Shown here: positions 38,801 through 48,915 of the stretch, piece by piece
Layout of the letters: each line of letters starts with the position of its first letter
Numbering within the stretch: position 1 is the first letter of the stretch
From: a virus
Lineage: Duplodnaviria; Caudoviricetes
Strand: one strand, 5' to 3'
IMG/VR virus record: IMGVR_UViG_3300033066_001102
Span: 10,614-74,613 of that record
Length of the DNA: 64,000 nucleotides
Made by a program: the position numbers and the translations under genes
The notes under the pieces: model-generated
Database searches by the model: none
The model's input: the letters and a program-made list of their open reading frames with translations, nothing else
What the model was told of the DNA's origin: nothing

Positions 38801-39919
38801 TGGCTCGAATGTAGCTGAAGATAAATCCAAATCATACGGGCCATATGTTTTAACACCACCCGTCCATAACCGGTTATCCTTCTGTCCGATGGCAGCAACC
38901 CTACGAATTGGAACAATGTATTTATTAAATTCCTGCAGCGAAACCGGTATTCCGGACGTATTGGTAAAGTTCACCGTCACATCTTCTAATTCCGGATCGA
39001 TAACTTCCCTGTAAAAAATAGATGCCTCAACTGTAGTGTCCTTGTCAGTAGAATAGACATAAGCGACTTCTAACTGATAAAACCTTGTGTCAACACCTTG
39101 AATCTCGAACTGATAGCCAACACCTGTCACCACATTAGACGCATACATCGAACGGTCGTGCATGCTTTCCAGTTCTTCCGGATCCAAGGTGACAAAGTAA
39201 TGCCTGGTAAGTGGTGTCCACGGCGTTTTATATCCGTCACGAGTAATAAGCCGGTAGGAAAACTCATACATCCCGGTTTTCAGTGTTCCTTCAAGAGTGG
39301 TATCCTTAAGAACGATTCTTCCAACGGCCATATCTGGCTGCAAGGCCAACGAATGTACAGAATAGAACCACGGATATTTACCTGAGCCAAGAGGCGTATA
39401 ATCTCCTTCCGTGAATTCTTCACTGATACTTTGAAGTCCAACCTTATGATTCAGACAGCGAGGTTCCGCATTCTTTGTATTCCAATAAACACGCTCAATA
39501 TTTTTTGATTCAATACATGGTTCAATATTAATAATCAGGTTTTCATTATTGAAATCCAGCTTATCCCCATTGGGGTCAAACTCGTCATTGAATATCGTTG
39601 TGTACGTCGATGTGTACCCATTCACATCCAATTTTACGATTCCAATCTCTGAAAAACCCGTGTTTTCATTGGCGGCAAAAATGATAGAGTAATCCAGTAT
39701 TTCCCGGCCACCAACTGGCACATATCCTTCCGGAAGCATTTCGCTCAATGCAATATTGCCACGCTCGTTAGTAAATTGCGCATCACCGGCACCGGTAAAG
39801 ACAATATCTCCATTTAGCGCATAAATATAACTTCCATGATCTTGTGCAGATAGTGTACGATCCATCCGGAGCCCCTTGCTAAAGGTATTGGTGAATATGT
39901 GTTTACCACGTTGCTGCAT
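35813..39919 (-). CDS. Tail stabilisation / muzzle-like protein
   Basis: 1368 aa; N-terminal FSKGL..D...Y.YALNG propeller pattern; downstream of ring-like genes as in crAss-like podoviruses. Confidence 0.75.
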   Translation of the reverse strand: MQQRGKHIFTNTFSKGLRMDRTLSAQDHGSYIYALNGDIVFTGAGDAQFTNERGNIALSEMLPEGYVPVGGREILDYSIIFAANENTGFSEIGIVKLDVNGYTSTYTTIFNDEFDPNGDKLDFNNENLIINIEPCIESKNIERVYWNTKNAEPRCLNHKVGLQSISEEFTEGDYTPLGSGKYPWFYSVHSLALQPDMAVGRIVLKDTTLEGTLKTGMYEFSYRLITRDGYKTPWTPLTRHYFVTLDPEELESMHDRSMYASNVVTGVGYQFEIQGVDTRFYQLEVAYVYSTDKDTTVEASIFYREVIDPELEDVTVNFTNTSGIPVSLQEFNKYIVPIRRVAAIGQKDNRLWTGGVKTYGPYDLDLSSATFEPFIKEMSVDELKAETSVPLTDVEITDEGTLTQQLYIDRLSASKTVSLPVINDYLNYKGVQFEHAFSSYWGGETYPFALVALDLKGNKFYAKHIKDYTFPDRYDGTGNEYQLMNDTDTENINLLGLKISGLDITDILFDSDGKLQVSAVLIVRCKRKPQILCQGLLLPAVIEKNSEDQDNSTQPLPLPSNDFTDPYSVVPDSRIYGYESNSLDIASRPYTGMFYSPDLLFERNIFEGTSQDDVVFDVDRMNLVALYGVPEAYKQGSDMPGVTQLEGNYRKYYTKNVVIDGNATLSEKLYEYGKKSRVKRMQTVSLFNEYDSSGYDEDNTDLKFRNDANMDDIDGSCGNPHAQGVRQVWILKTKDFKNLTFAAAGADLTNYAAYYVANYIVKQPSYYTDPNQSSLEERVYIGTGHIQPINQDVLDDIKSDYRYTWTFESDSFSSTAFTITINGTPHTSSGVTSLSELTTWLDSLSLGDFSTTTTIITVEHPTNVYSDITYMDGGDTITIDAVRTGGDRYILNGVEVWGGDCYPWLFDFVRLYPKPGDCTHDGDCWQDYGVGVIVPLESSMNIALRRGRNFASKGIRSQAEACGYEDPENFPEGIMEGQPEEFYLNSVVMHESNVQAYVSMPSEINPTITDFDGTWLYSLLKVPGEFNDNYRQFLTGNRGNVELQYGKITGRGYFGNNMYSIQERALFGLRINELTALSTEAGQAISIGTPEVWQKPYPISTEYGCIHPHAIIQTPKAFYYPDYYSKSFVRFAQDGITNLSVRCEMKQWSYDNLMYLSYEDVSVDDEARHIAGGYDPVREKIYWSIYAVSHGQEKTRTTICYSADEHVTSFVSIFDWVPYVYTTIRGLMMSASVETDGTLDWYVHNVGERGKYFGTYRQTKIKFVQNPLPDVNKLFHNSWTNINPDAYDLLTTVNWVTDTQTQGLTISGDTKSRYKNLLFTTPTMGRNVSGEHLSGKTMTTELIFTNADDAVIALTSHDQSYQPIAKIR

Positions 39920-40569
39920 TATCTAAGAACAAATTTGAATGGTGAACTTGTCACGTCAGATGCTAATTTAACATTGAAGAACTTCGGTACATTGTCGCGT
40001 GATCTTGTATAAAGCGACTGGCTTTCCCAGTTTTGCTTATTAATTTGATACACATTGGCCCCAATCTGTCCGCTATTCATTTCACCGAGCTTGAACATGG
40101 TATTTACATAGGCCATGTATGCTTCAACATGATCTTCCATCACCATCGGAAGGCCATCACGGTCCAATTCAAGCGACCAGTAGCTAAAACTGATAGTTCC
40201 TGTTTTGTACGGACAATCAACGACGTTATCATGGAAACTGAAATAACCACCTTGCTCATGTATGAATGTATAACCACAATGACAAGGAGAACACCGGCAT
40301 TGGCAGCACGTCATATCGAACAATCGAGGATCGAGGCAGAGATCCAAAATCTGGTTTTCTTTAAAGAATCCAACCGGAAGCATCGCTTGACCTCTTTCAA
40401 CTGGGACGTTGATTGCATTTTTTCCGTGCAATGCGTTTTCCGATAACCCAAGGTTTGTTTCAACCATCCCAACCATTTGTGCCAGTTCTGGCAAAAACTG
40501 ATCAATATCAGGTCTTCCAGAAGTTATCTTCAGCAGCGGTAGTATTGATTCTAAGGAACGGTATCTCAT
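39919..40569 (-). CDS. Tail ring / head-tail adaptor-like protein
   Basis: Size, synteny, C-terminal LDRDGLPMV..DH.EA pattern. Confidence 0.55.
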   Translation of the reverse strand: MRYRSLESILPLLKITSGRPDIDQFLPELAQMVGMVETNLGLSENALHGKNAINVPVERGQAMLPVGFFKENQILDLCLDPRLFDMTCCQCRCSPCHCGYTFIHEQGGYFSFHDNVVDCPYKTGTISFSYWSLELDRDGLPMVMEDHVEAYMAYVNTMFKLGEMNSGQIGANVYQINKQNWESQSLYTRSRDNVPKFFNVKLASDVTSSPFKFVLR

Positions 40570-41357
40570 ACAATCCGAACGGTTTTTTGCATTTGTGACT
40601 GTCTGTCGTCACGGTTGTTATTGGTCTGATCACTTAGGAACTGCATGGAAATATTCATCTCTCTGGAAAGAATCAGCATCTTAATTTCCGACATCATATC
40701 ATCGGTTACCGGATAGATATCATTGGTCTTGTCGTAACAGCATACGGCTGAACTAAGGGACTTCTTGTAGCATGCAGTCGTGGGATCCGCAACGATCATG
40801 CGCACATTGATATAACACATATCCATGTATAATTCAGAGTCCTGAGTAGCCACGTAAAGCGCATTGGTACCCACTCGCCATGCAAAGACAAACTTTTCAG
40901 AGAATGGCGCTGCGAGTTTTCCACCCAGTTCATTAGGTGAATCAAGGATGATAAACTTCTTCCGTTTATTGATCACACCCACATAATCCAGAGCGCCTTC
41001 GATTTCCAGTGGTGCGGGGATGATGGCCTTTGAAACATAACTGCCGGTTGGAAGTCCGGAACATTCACTTTGGTCAACACAATCCAGTAAGATGCAGCCC
41101 AGATCCTGTACCAGTGATTGCTTTACCTTGAGGTACATCTTACGGTCCCGCTTCAGTGTCTGCGTAACAATGGTTGCCCGATATTCCCTGATCCACTTCT
41201 CTACCTCCCTGGAATCAATTGCTTCACGGCGCTTTACTGCACCGAGCTTGTTTGCAATGCCGATGATGTCGTATGTATGTGCCCGAAGCGTGTCCATTAC
41301 CTTGCTGGTTGAGAGTAAGAAATAAAGGGGCAACCATGTTTTGCATAGCTGCCCCAT
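40566..41357 (-). CDS. Tail ring / adaptor-like protein (start probably the internal Met at about 41297)
   Basis: Synteny; IYPVTDDMM..IK..IL C-terminal helix. Confidence 0.55.
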   Translation of the reverse strand: MGQLCKTWLPLYFLLSTSKVMDTLRAHTYDIIGIANKLGAVKRREAIDSREVEKWIREYRATIVTQTLKRDRKMYLKVKQSLVQDLGCILLDCVDQSECSGLPTGSYVSKAIIPAPLEIEGALDYVGVINKRKKFIILDSPNELGGKLAAPFSEKFVFAWRVGTNALYVATQDSELYMDMCYINVRMIVADPTTACYKKSLSSAVCCYDKTNDIYPVTDDMMSEIKMLILSREMNISMQFLSDQTNNNRDDRQSQMQKTVRIV

Positions 41358-41377
41358 TTTAAACTATAGGCAAACGA

Positions 41378-42259
41378 TTATGAGCAAGGGCAACCTTGGT
41401 GAATCACCTGATGGTATTTGGCTGCAGTAGCCGTTCCACCGAGGATCGCGCAAAGTGCGGTGCTGATCGTTGTACCCAATGATGCTGACTCGGCAGTACC
41501 ACCTTCCTGGATTACGAGCCATAACACATGCTTTTTCAGCACGGCTCCACCACTTTCCCTGTTAAAGGAAGGCAGATCGCCGGTGTCGATGCTGTAATAA
41601 GGAATCTCAACCACCAGGTATGAAGTGCTGTCGCTGTCTTCAATGCCGTCATCGGTAGTCCATCCACCGAATTCGATGAAGTCAGAGCCACGACCGAAGT
41701 TGATCCTGTTGGCAGTGGTGATCGCTACAGACTGAATAGCAGTGTTCACCTTCGTCAAAAAGTCCTGTCCTGCAGTTACAGCAGTCAGGCGAAGATGATT
41801 ACTGGAATTTGATGCTGTAACAATCCTGTCCGGATCCGCATTGATCTTGGTCACAAACTTATCCGTGAAGGTTGATTCAGTCCATGTTGTGGATGTCAGG
41901 TAGTCAACCGAATAGGTTTTAGTCTGCCATTCACCTGATGTCAGGTCCTTCCAGCTGAGCGTAACGTGATAGGTTGCAACATCGCGATCGGTGAATGTTT
42001 GTGGCAATACCGATGTGGTGATGGTGTCAACTTCCGCAACAGCCGTTTGAGGGCAAAGCACTTTCACTTTGTCCATGCGATCGATCAGGGGCCAACTGAT
42101 CAGAAACGACTTGTCCGTTTGGTCATCCGTGAGGGTGAGGACGCCGTCTTCGATGCCATAAGTGAGGGTATCGCCGTTATTTAGGACGATGAACTCCTTT
42201 GGCTTTCCGGGCCATTGCTGCACCGGAGAACAGTGCAGGTTATTAGGGTTTGTATCCAT
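41378..42259 (-). CDS. Auxiliary capsid (decoration)-like protein
   Basis: Thr-rich beta composition; position shortly downstream of the major capsid gene. Confidence 0.5.
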   Translation of the reverse strand: MDTNPNNLHCSPVQQWPGKPKEFIVLNNGDTLTYGIEDGVLTLTDDQTDKSFLISWPLIDRMDKVKVLCPQTAVAEVDTITTSVLPQTFTDRDVATYHVTLSWKDLTSGEWQTKTYSVDYLTSTTWTESTFTDKFVTKINADPDRIVTASNSSNHLRLTAVTAGQDFLTKVNTAIQSVAITTANRINFGRGSDFIEFGGWTTDDGIEDSDSTSYLVVEIPYYSIDTGDLPSFNRESGGAVLKKHVLWLVIQEGGTAESASLGTTISTALCAILGGTATAAKYHQVIHQGCPCS

Positions 42260-42275
42260 TATTTTAATGATTTTA

Positions 42276-42935
42276 CTATGTTAACTGAATTTGTGTGTCT
42301 TTATTCGTTTCTGCTTGCGTGATGGGCCTTCGCTCATCGAGGTTTATTCCGCATTGTTTATCCACTGCCCTTTTTATAATCCTCCAGTCGCCACCTTCGC
42401 CAATCTCAGGAGATCCGGTAATTGTTGCCAATACTGTTGGATTCCTGTAGTAAAAGGCATCTACCGTGGCAGGAGCAGAGTAGCAATGAATAGTGACTTT
42501 TTTTTTCGATGCGCCGGCATCATACCATACGCTGTATTTCGGATGGTCATTGTCCGGCTTGCGTAACGGATTGTAAAAATCGCTGCGCTCATTCATTGAA
42601 AGGAATTCGATGTTTCGGGATTCTGCGGTATTGCTACATGACTGAATAAAATTTCCACGAAGGCTGGCAATCCACCGTGCACCACCCGGGAAATTGGTAG
42701 TATCGATGTAAAAGATAACACCCGTAAGTGTAATCCCAATAGCCGGACGTAACAACGGAGCAAGGAGTTGGATCGCACTTTCATCCTTTTCGGACAGCAG
42801 TTTAATCCATTCCTCAAACAGTTCATCGTAGGTTTCGTTGAGCAGGCCAACCATTTCGGTATCATCTACCATTGGCGAAGCCGACTCAACGAGCTTACGA
42901 TTTATTTGATCAGCTATTTGCTGCCACGTTTGCAT
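42276..42935 (-). CDS. Head-tail adaptor / ring protein
   Basis: Helical N-terminus, C-terminal YYRNP; synteny. Confidence 0.55.
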   Translation of the reverse strand: MQTWQQIADQINRKLVESASPMVDDTEMVGLLNETYDELFEEWIKLLSEKDESAIQLLAPLLRPAIGITLTGVIFYIDTTNFPGGARWIASLRGNFIQSCSNTAESRNIEFLSMNERSDFYNPLRKPDNDHPKYSVWYDAGASKKKVTIHCYSAPATVDAFYYRNPTVLATITGSPEIGEGGDWRIIKRAVDKQCGINLDERRPITQAETNKDTQIQLT

Positions 42936-43731
42936 CCTTTAAAAACTTTGGTTTCAGTGAAGCAAAAATATTAGGTTGATCCTTCAGCCAAACTACTACG
43001 GCATCAAGATCCATCCCGATTCCGGCATTCTCGTATTTATAAACGCCGTTATCAAACTTCAACATTCCTTTCATCAGCATGCCTGCAACAACCAAATGAT
43101 AATCAAGATCAGACGACAACAGCTTGTCTTGAACGTCCTTTGAGGTATATAACATGCCTTCCGTATGTGCGGGGGTATGAACCAATTCGATAAGTGCATT
43201 TAGCACATCATCGTAACCCATATCTTTTCCGGAAGCGCCAAATAGATAACCGAATAGCAATAGCCGATCCGGTTCCATTTCCTCAATAGTGACCTCCATT
43301 TTACGAAGCTGCTGGCGATTAAGAGTATTCTTTTTCGCTTCTTCGGTAGCATTAACCATGTAAAGCAATTTCCGCTTTGGATTTAACCGGTCATGCCCCA
43401 ACCATGGTCCTCCAGGCTTAGTATCACCGATTAAAAATTCATATACTGCCTTATGCCACGGATTCCTTGGCTCACCTTTTTCGTTTACAGAGGTGTCCAA
43501 CTTATAATCCTTATAGGCAAAAACGGTAAATGATTTCGGCTCATTTGTCCTGGGATCTATAAGTATCCGCATGGTACCATTTCGATCCTTGTAAGCACGG
43601 AAACGCTGATCGCCAGCCGTCACCTTATTATTGTGGCTTTTAAACCACTTGATCCAGATTACATCTGAAGTAGAGGATGCTGCCAGGGCTTTGGTCTTGC
43701 TTCCTCCTGTTTTTGTTGCTGTTTCAGCCAT
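42910..43731 (-). CDS. Conserved-type hypothetical protein immediately downstream of the major capsid gene
   Basis: 273-aa ORF; position. Confidence 0.6.
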   Translation of the reverse strand: MAETATKTGGSKTKALAASSTSDVIWIKWFKSHNNKVTAGDQRFRAYKDRNGTMRILIDPRTNEPKSFTVFAYKDYKLDTSVNEKGEPRNPWHKAVYEFLIGDTKPGGPWLGHDRLNPKRKLLYMVNATEEAKKNTLNRQQLRKMEVTIEEMEPDRLLLFGYLFGASGKDMGYDDVLNALIELVHTPAHTEGMLYTSKDVQDKLLSSDLDYHLVVAGMLMKGMLKFDNGVYKYENAGIGMDLDAVVVWLKDQPNIFASLKPKFLKDANVAANS

Positions 43732-43775
43732 GATGATTTTTTTAAAAAAGGGTTAGTGAATAAACAAATTGAAAA

Positions 43776-45212
43776 TTAACCTACGCAGTACCACGCTGCC
43801 ACGCCATTAATTTTGCGTAACACCGTCATACCTTCGGAAAGCCATTCAGCAGAGTAACCGTCACGGGCGTTGGATGAAAAAATCTTCATCGGATCGATCG
43901 GATTTACCATACCGTCAACGATTTTGCAAATCAGGCGACGGTCAATGCCGTTTGCCTTCTTCACCTTACGCTGCAGCGTAGGAATCTGCTTACCGGTGTC
44001 GCTCACACTCATGTTGCCGTCCACAAAGAAGTAGGATTGGCCAAGCAGCGATAATCCTTCATCATCGGTATCGTTGTTCAGAGGATCGGTAAGTACCGGA
44101 TTTTCGAATACGGTGATATCGCAGTTCAACAGGTGAACCGTAACAATATCCTCACCAACGATCACTTTCCTTCCGGAATCCATCGTGTAAACAATACCAC
44201 GGTTTCCATTATGGAGATAATCATTTGCAAGCAGCCTGTACCATTCAGCCACTCCGCCGGCACCGGTATGTACGGTAATTTTTCCACCGTTGATACCTGC
44301 GGAGATTTTGAAGTCGCGGATAAAATTCAGCAGCTTATCGCGTGTCAGCGTTCCTTTTGCAAACTCATCCGTCATAGATGCGCTAATTTGCTCAAGGAAG
44401 CCGTTACCACGGATGATCTTTTTGGAATCCTTATCGGTCTTCTGAGAGAATCCGTCAGTGCTCATGGTTGTTTTACCAAACCATGCATCCTTTTCAAGTT
44501 CCCATAAAAAACCACCGTCCTGAGAACCGAATTGATCCATGAATTCCTGCGGAGTAGATCCAATCATCCACATCTTAGCGGCTTTCGGACCGTTACCTTT
44601 TTGAATCCAGAGGATTGAGGACGCTGCATCACCGGTTACTGTTTTGGCAGAACGGGAGATAGTTGTCCAGTTAGCCATCCAGTCCATAAAGTTCTGTGCT
44701 CCATATCCTTTTTCGCTGTACTCCGTGTTGGAGTTTGCGACCTTACCCATGCGACGGCCTCCATAAAACTCAGAACTGTCGATGGTATCGGTTGGATCAC
44801 CGGACATCAGTTTGAACGGAACGCGGTACCCTTTCACGGTTTTCACACCGTAGTCATTTGCACGAAGCAATGCAGTACCGACTTTATATTCCCATGTAGG
44901 ACGGGCGTAATCTTCTTCGACCTCCACGTAGATGATGCTGTCACCAGCGCCATCACCGATCGGGGCGGTATCTGTCATGGTAAGCGGACGATCCTTTCGT
45001 CCCATAACAGGAAACTCAAACTTCTTGTCACCAATACCTTCTACATCAGCTTCAGTGAATGGTGCGGTAATGTTGGTGAGGGAATATTGCGGCTGCGTCA
45101 TCAGCAGGTCCATCGCAATTTCCGGGTAAATAGTATGATTGGCGTAAAGCGAATTCATCGCTGTTATTCCGTCCGGATCATACGTTCCCTTAAAGATTTT
45201 TATTTGTGGCAT
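43776..45212 (-). CDS. Major capsid protein
   Basis: 478 aa downstream of a scaffold-like gene; SNTEYSEKG, NWTTISR..TVTG, VHTGAGG pattern of crAss-like HK97-fold capsids. Confidence 0.8.
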   Translation of the reverse strand: MPQIKIFKGTYDPDGITAMNSLYANHTIYPEIAMDLLMTQPQYSLTNITAPFTEADVEGIGDKKFEFPVMGRKDRPLTMTDTAPIGDGAGDSIIYVEVEEDYARPTWEYKVGTALLRANDYGVKTVKGYRVPFKLMSGDPTDTIDSSEFYGGRRMGKVANSNTEYSEKGYGAQNFMDWMANWTTISRSAKTVTGDAASSILWIQKGNGPKAAKMWMIGSTPQEFMDQFGSQDGGFLWELEKDAWFGKTTMSTDGFSQKTDKDSKKIIRGNGFLEQISASMTDEFAKGTLTRDKLLNFIRDFKISAGINGGKITVHTGAGGVAEWYRLLANDYLHNGNRGIVYTMDSGRKVIVGEDIVTVHLLNCDITVFENPVLTDPLNNDTDDEGLSLLGQSYFFVDGNMSVSDTGKQIPTLQRKVKKANGIDRRLICKIVDGMVNPIDPMKIFSSNARDGYSAEWLSEGMTVLRKINGVAAWYCVG

Positions 45213-45277
45213 TGTGAGTCCATAATTAACCCATACATGCAGTTAACATACACATCCCCATGTAAGAAAGGCTATGA

Positions 45278-46417
45278 CTATCCTTCGTCTTCCGGATCAT
45301 TCCACCGGTTAATGTCGAAGGTGCCTTCTTTGGTGCCACGAGTGGCAACCTCAGTAGCTATTCTTTGGTTGTAGCTTTTATTCAAAATCTTTTCTTCAAC
45401 ATTCGTCTTGTAGCTCGACTTATGCCCACGCCTGAATCCATCCGTCCTCTCACCTCTTAGAAGTTTGTTGAGAATTTTCTTACCGAATTTCGCAGCAAAG
45501 GCGGCCTCGGTGAAAAATTTGGGATCGTTGCGCATTTTAGCGACTCCATCGGGATTTTTAATCATAGCCTGGAACTCTTTAAGCTCTGCAATGAATGGCT
45601 TCAATGGGATTCCGAACATAGTTTTTAAGTTCAGAACTTCTTCCTTTACGCCATCAGAAAAATGTGATTCAAGTTTTGCTTTGGCTTCTTGTTGTTTGAC
45701 GTGAGCATCCACGATACGTTTCCTGTAAGACTTTAGGGATGACAATATTTCGGGAGTTTGCGTACCAATCCAGTCTTCACCGTAAAGATCAACATTCTTT
45801 TCGATGTAGGTTTCGGCATCATTTTCTTCCCAACCCTTCTCCTTTACAAGCCACGTTTTTAATAGCTCACGCTCAGGTAATTTCATTACAGCGTCGATTC
45901 CTGCCGTTGGAGCAGAAGCACCATTTTCAGCAGCGACAATCCTTTGTTTTAATAAGGCGATAAGTTGCTCAGGATTCTGAGCGTCACCTATCTCAAGTTC
46001 TTTTGAAATGCGACCGATCAAATCAGTAGCATCAATTTTTTGATCTTTTTGATCTGATTTTTCCTTTTCTAACTCAGTTTCGGCACCACCATCATCATCA
46101 AGAGAAAAATCATTGTCATCCGTACCTGCCAGTTCCTTCAGCACATTGTCTTCATCATCATTCATTCCTGCACCATCATCGGTACCTGGCACTTTTACTT
46201 TTGGTTCACCCTTTTTCTCAACTGTTACTTTATTCTGTGCTCCAAGGTCAATCTCTCCAGGTTTTTCTTTTTCTTCATTCTCTTCACCATCCGGATTATC
46301 ATTCCATCCTTTGATGTCAAACTTGCCTTCAGTATTTTCTGCAGGATCATGTTTGCCCAAGACAATAACGTCATTATCTTCATGTACTTCATCTTTTGAT
46401 TGATTCCCTGGTGTCAT
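45278..46417 (-). CDS. Capsid scaffolding-like protein
   Basis: Very acidic low-complexity N-terminus, coiled-coil C-terminus, directly upstream of the capsid gene. Confidence 0.65.
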   Translation of the reverse strand: MTPGNQSKDEVHEDNDVIVLGKHDPAENTEGKFDIKGWNDNPDGEENEEKEKPGEIDLGAQNKVTVEKKGEPKVKVPGTDDGAGMNDDEDNVLKELAGTDDNDFSLDDDGGAETELEKEKSDQKDQKIDATDLIGRISKELEIGDAQNPEQLIALLKQRIVAAENGASAPTAGIDAVMKLPERELLKTWLVKEKGWEENDAETYIEKNVDLYGEDWIGTQTPEILSSLKSYRKRIVDAHVKQQEAKAKLESHFSDGVKEEVLNLKTMFGIPLKPFIAELKEFQAMIKNPDGVAKMRNDPKFFTEAAFAAKFGKKILNKLLRGERTDGFRRGHKSSYKTNVEEKILNKSYNQRIATEVATRGTKEGTFDINRWNDPEDEG

Positions 46418-46452
46418 GACTTGCTAATTTTCAGTTAAAGATATAAACTTTA

Positions 46453-47649
46453 TTAAAACAAAATTAGATTTTCTGCTAATTCAAGTTGTGTTATGGCAAT
46501 GTGCCAGATCTCATAATCATTAATTCCGGCAGTGATTCGCCATTTATACGATTCTAAATTGAACATTGCGCTCATCGGAAATACATTAAAATTATGATTC
46601 CCTCCATGTGGAATATCCGGATCAATATATGGTCCAGACATTAACGGCTCTTTTGATAATGCAATGACCTTGAATGTTTCAGCATCATATACATAACAAC
46701 CCATGTGATACTGCCGGTGAATCTGACCTCGCAAGTGCTCAGGATATTGAATGCGTGAATGAAAGAAAGAATAATAACGACCACCATAAAGAACAGGGCA
46801 TGTCCCGCCTCCAATGTCATTGCCGAAGCCCCAACGCCACCAATCAGGAGCAGGATGATCGTGCCGGCAAACTTCCGTGAGTTTTGTGCCATTGACTTTA
46901 TATACCACATGGGGAGCAACTGAATATACGGTGTACAGTTCATCATTCTTCTCGAAGAATGTCCAGTTTTTTTCCATCCTTCGACGGTTCGGCTTGTCAA
47001 GAAACCTTGCCATTGCAACAAGCCTGTCCTCCGGATAAACAATACACAACCCAATTGCACAACCATCAGCATAGGACAGATGCAGCCCTCCCTGATAAAT
47101 GAATAACCTGGGATCTTCCGCAAAGGAATCGCAGTAAGGAAGGTCAAGCAGCCAATTCGTTCCCGGTATTGGTTGCCACGAATCCATATCAATCTCACAC
47201 ATCGCAATGCGGGTATTTACCGTCCACGGCATTGCATCTACACGGTAGGCCATATACAATCGATTACTATACCGGCACACGGATCCATTGAACCAATTAG
47301 TGACTTTTATTTCCTGATCACCTACCATGTACGACTGAATCAGTTTAGAACTGTCAACCTTTATCGGCTTCCGGTCCCATCCATATTGATCGAGCAGGCT
47401 CTTGACGGAAACATATTTTGATGCATGTGACTTTGTCAGCCAGGTTTCTTCTTCCAACCGGCGCATGACGATCATGTAATCATCTTCATTCTGTGCCAGT
47501 GCGACCGCACGTTTTATAATGTCCCGCGAATAGTGCATGAATGCACCATGTACATTTACTACCCTGCTGAGTTCAGGGGCAGTCTTGTAACTTTCCAGAA
47601 TCCGGGAGATTTCATCCTGCAGCAACTTATGTTTTCTGTTGTCAGCCAT
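46453..47649 (-). CDS. Five-bladed beta-propeller glycosidase-like protein (GH130/GH43-like) with an N-terminal helical extension
   Basis: EDPRLF, EKNWTFF, GGTCP, YYSFFHS, VFPMSA motifs. Confidence 0.7.
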   Translation of the reverse strand: MADNRKHKLLQDEISRILESYKTAPELSRVVNVHGAFMHYSRDIIKRAVALAQNEDDYMIVMRRLEEETWLTKSHASKYVSVKSLLDQYGWDRKPIKVDSSKLIQSYMVGDQEIKVTNWFNGSVCRYSNRLYMAYRVDAMPWTVNTRIAMCEIDMDSWQPIPGTNWLLDLPYCDSFAEDPRLFIYQGGLHLSYADGCAIGLCIVYPEDRLVAMARFLDKPNRRRMEKNWTFFEKNDELYTVYSVAPHVVYKVNGTKLTEVCRHDHPAPDWWRWGFGNDIGGGTCPVLYGGRYYSFFHSRIQYPEHLRGQIHRQYHMGCYVYDAETFKVIALSKEPLMSGPYIDPDIPHGGNHNFNVFPMSAMFNLESYKWRITAGINDYEIWHIAITQLELAENLILF

Positions 47650-47650
47650 G

Positions 47651-48889
47651 TTACCATTTTAAAGCAGCATCCGAAGTATCATTCCATTTCACCTGATCAG
47701 CAATCCTGGGAAGGACGGTCAGCACTTTCATGTAAGGCAGCGACCTTTGCATGAGCGCACAGTCAATGGCTGCGTAAACATCACGTTGTGACATAATCAA
47801 ATATTTTACGGCCTTTCGCGTGAGTAAATATGCATGTGTGCAAAGAGGATATTTAACATCCCACAAATCACCTTTCAGTCTTGTTTTTGGCTTTCCGAGG
47901 CAATGACAACTTCCTACATACATGATATCCCAATCCGGCATTACGTCATCCGCATCATTAAGCGCCTCAATTATTCTGGCATACCAATCTTCTACCAGTA
48001 TCACGTCACCTTCCACAATCAGAAATAAATCATGCGGCAACGCAGCCGCAACGGTCCACGCCATGTAGTGTGACATCACATTGCCAACGTCCTTGGCCCC
48101 AATATGGTAGTCCGTGCCAGGATTATCATATTCATAGGTGTGTTCAGTTTTTAACCCGAACACTTCTGCATTGATACCATTCATGTAATGCACATTGCTT
48201 ACGCCCCGCTCGTTCAAGTGTTGTTCCAGTCGGGCACGTTCTTCGGGACGCTCAGATAGGGTAATAGCAATTGTTTTGATCTGCCCTGCATGTCCCTTTG
48301 TGATACTTGCTTTATTTTTTTGTCTGGTTATTTTTATCAGCGCATTGTCATACACGCGCTCACTTGACATATCAAATAATTCAACATTAAAATCTCCAAG
48401 CGGGAAAATATTCAGATGGCCTTTCCAATGTGCAGGAGCAACGTCTTCGATGATGTACAGACCTTCAGGAGCAACCATGCGAGCCAGATTATTGAGCAAT
48501 TGCAATTGATCTTTTTTCTCGTGCGATGCATCATCAATGATCAAATCAAATTCAACATTCTTTATCTGATTCAGCCATTCAACTTTATATGCATCGGTAG
48601 GAATGAGCATGATTCGGCCATGATCAAGTACCGCATCAATGAAACGATCAGTTCGATTATCAACACCAGTTACAATAGCATCCGGAAAATATTCAGCGAG
48701 TGATAGCAAGCACCCACCGCCGTATTCATTGCAACCAACTTCAATGATGTACTTTACCTTTCGTGTAGCTTTCAATTCTGCAAACCACAGATCATACAAA
48801 TAACCGTATGTGTGATGATCCAGACGATCAGACTTTACTCCAAACTGTTGTTCAATTCTGCGAACCACGTCGCTGTACATTTCTTCCAT
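47651..48889 (-). CDS. Fusion of a class I SAM-dependent (sugar O-) methyltransferase and a GT25-family glycosyltransferase
   Basis: N-terminal HTY...IIEVG...DLIIDDASH; C-terminal IAITLSER..R, GNVMSH..AW, LIVEGDV, DIMYVG, THAYLLTRKAV. Confidence 0.8.
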   Translation of the reverse strand: MEEMYSDVVRRIEQQFGVKSDRLDHHTYGYLYDLWFAELKATRKVKYIIEVGCNEYGGGCLLSLAEYFPDAIVTGVDNRTDRFIDAVLDHGRIMLIPTDAYKVEWLNQIKNVEFDLIIDDASHEKKDQLQLLNNLARMVAPEGLYIIEDVAPAHWKGHLNIFPLGDFNVELFDMSSERVYDNALIKITRQKNKASITKGHAGQIKTIAITLSERPEERARLEQHLNERGVSNVHYMNGINAEVFGLKTEHTYEYDNPGTDYHIGAKDVGNVMSHYMAWTVAAALPHDLFLIVEGDVILVEDWYARIIEALNDADDVMPDWDIMYVGSCHCLGKPKTRLKGDLWDVKYPLCTHAYLLTRKAVKYLIMSQRDVYAAIDCALMQRSLPYMKVLTVLPRIADQVKWNDTSDAALKW

Positions 48890-48915
48890 GCTATTTATTT
48901 TATGATGTTAATTAA

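Noticed and set aside
46641-47207. 188-aa same-strand alternative-frame ORF inside the glycosidase gene
   Set aside because: Unlike the MTase overlap, it has no repeats, motifs or good start context
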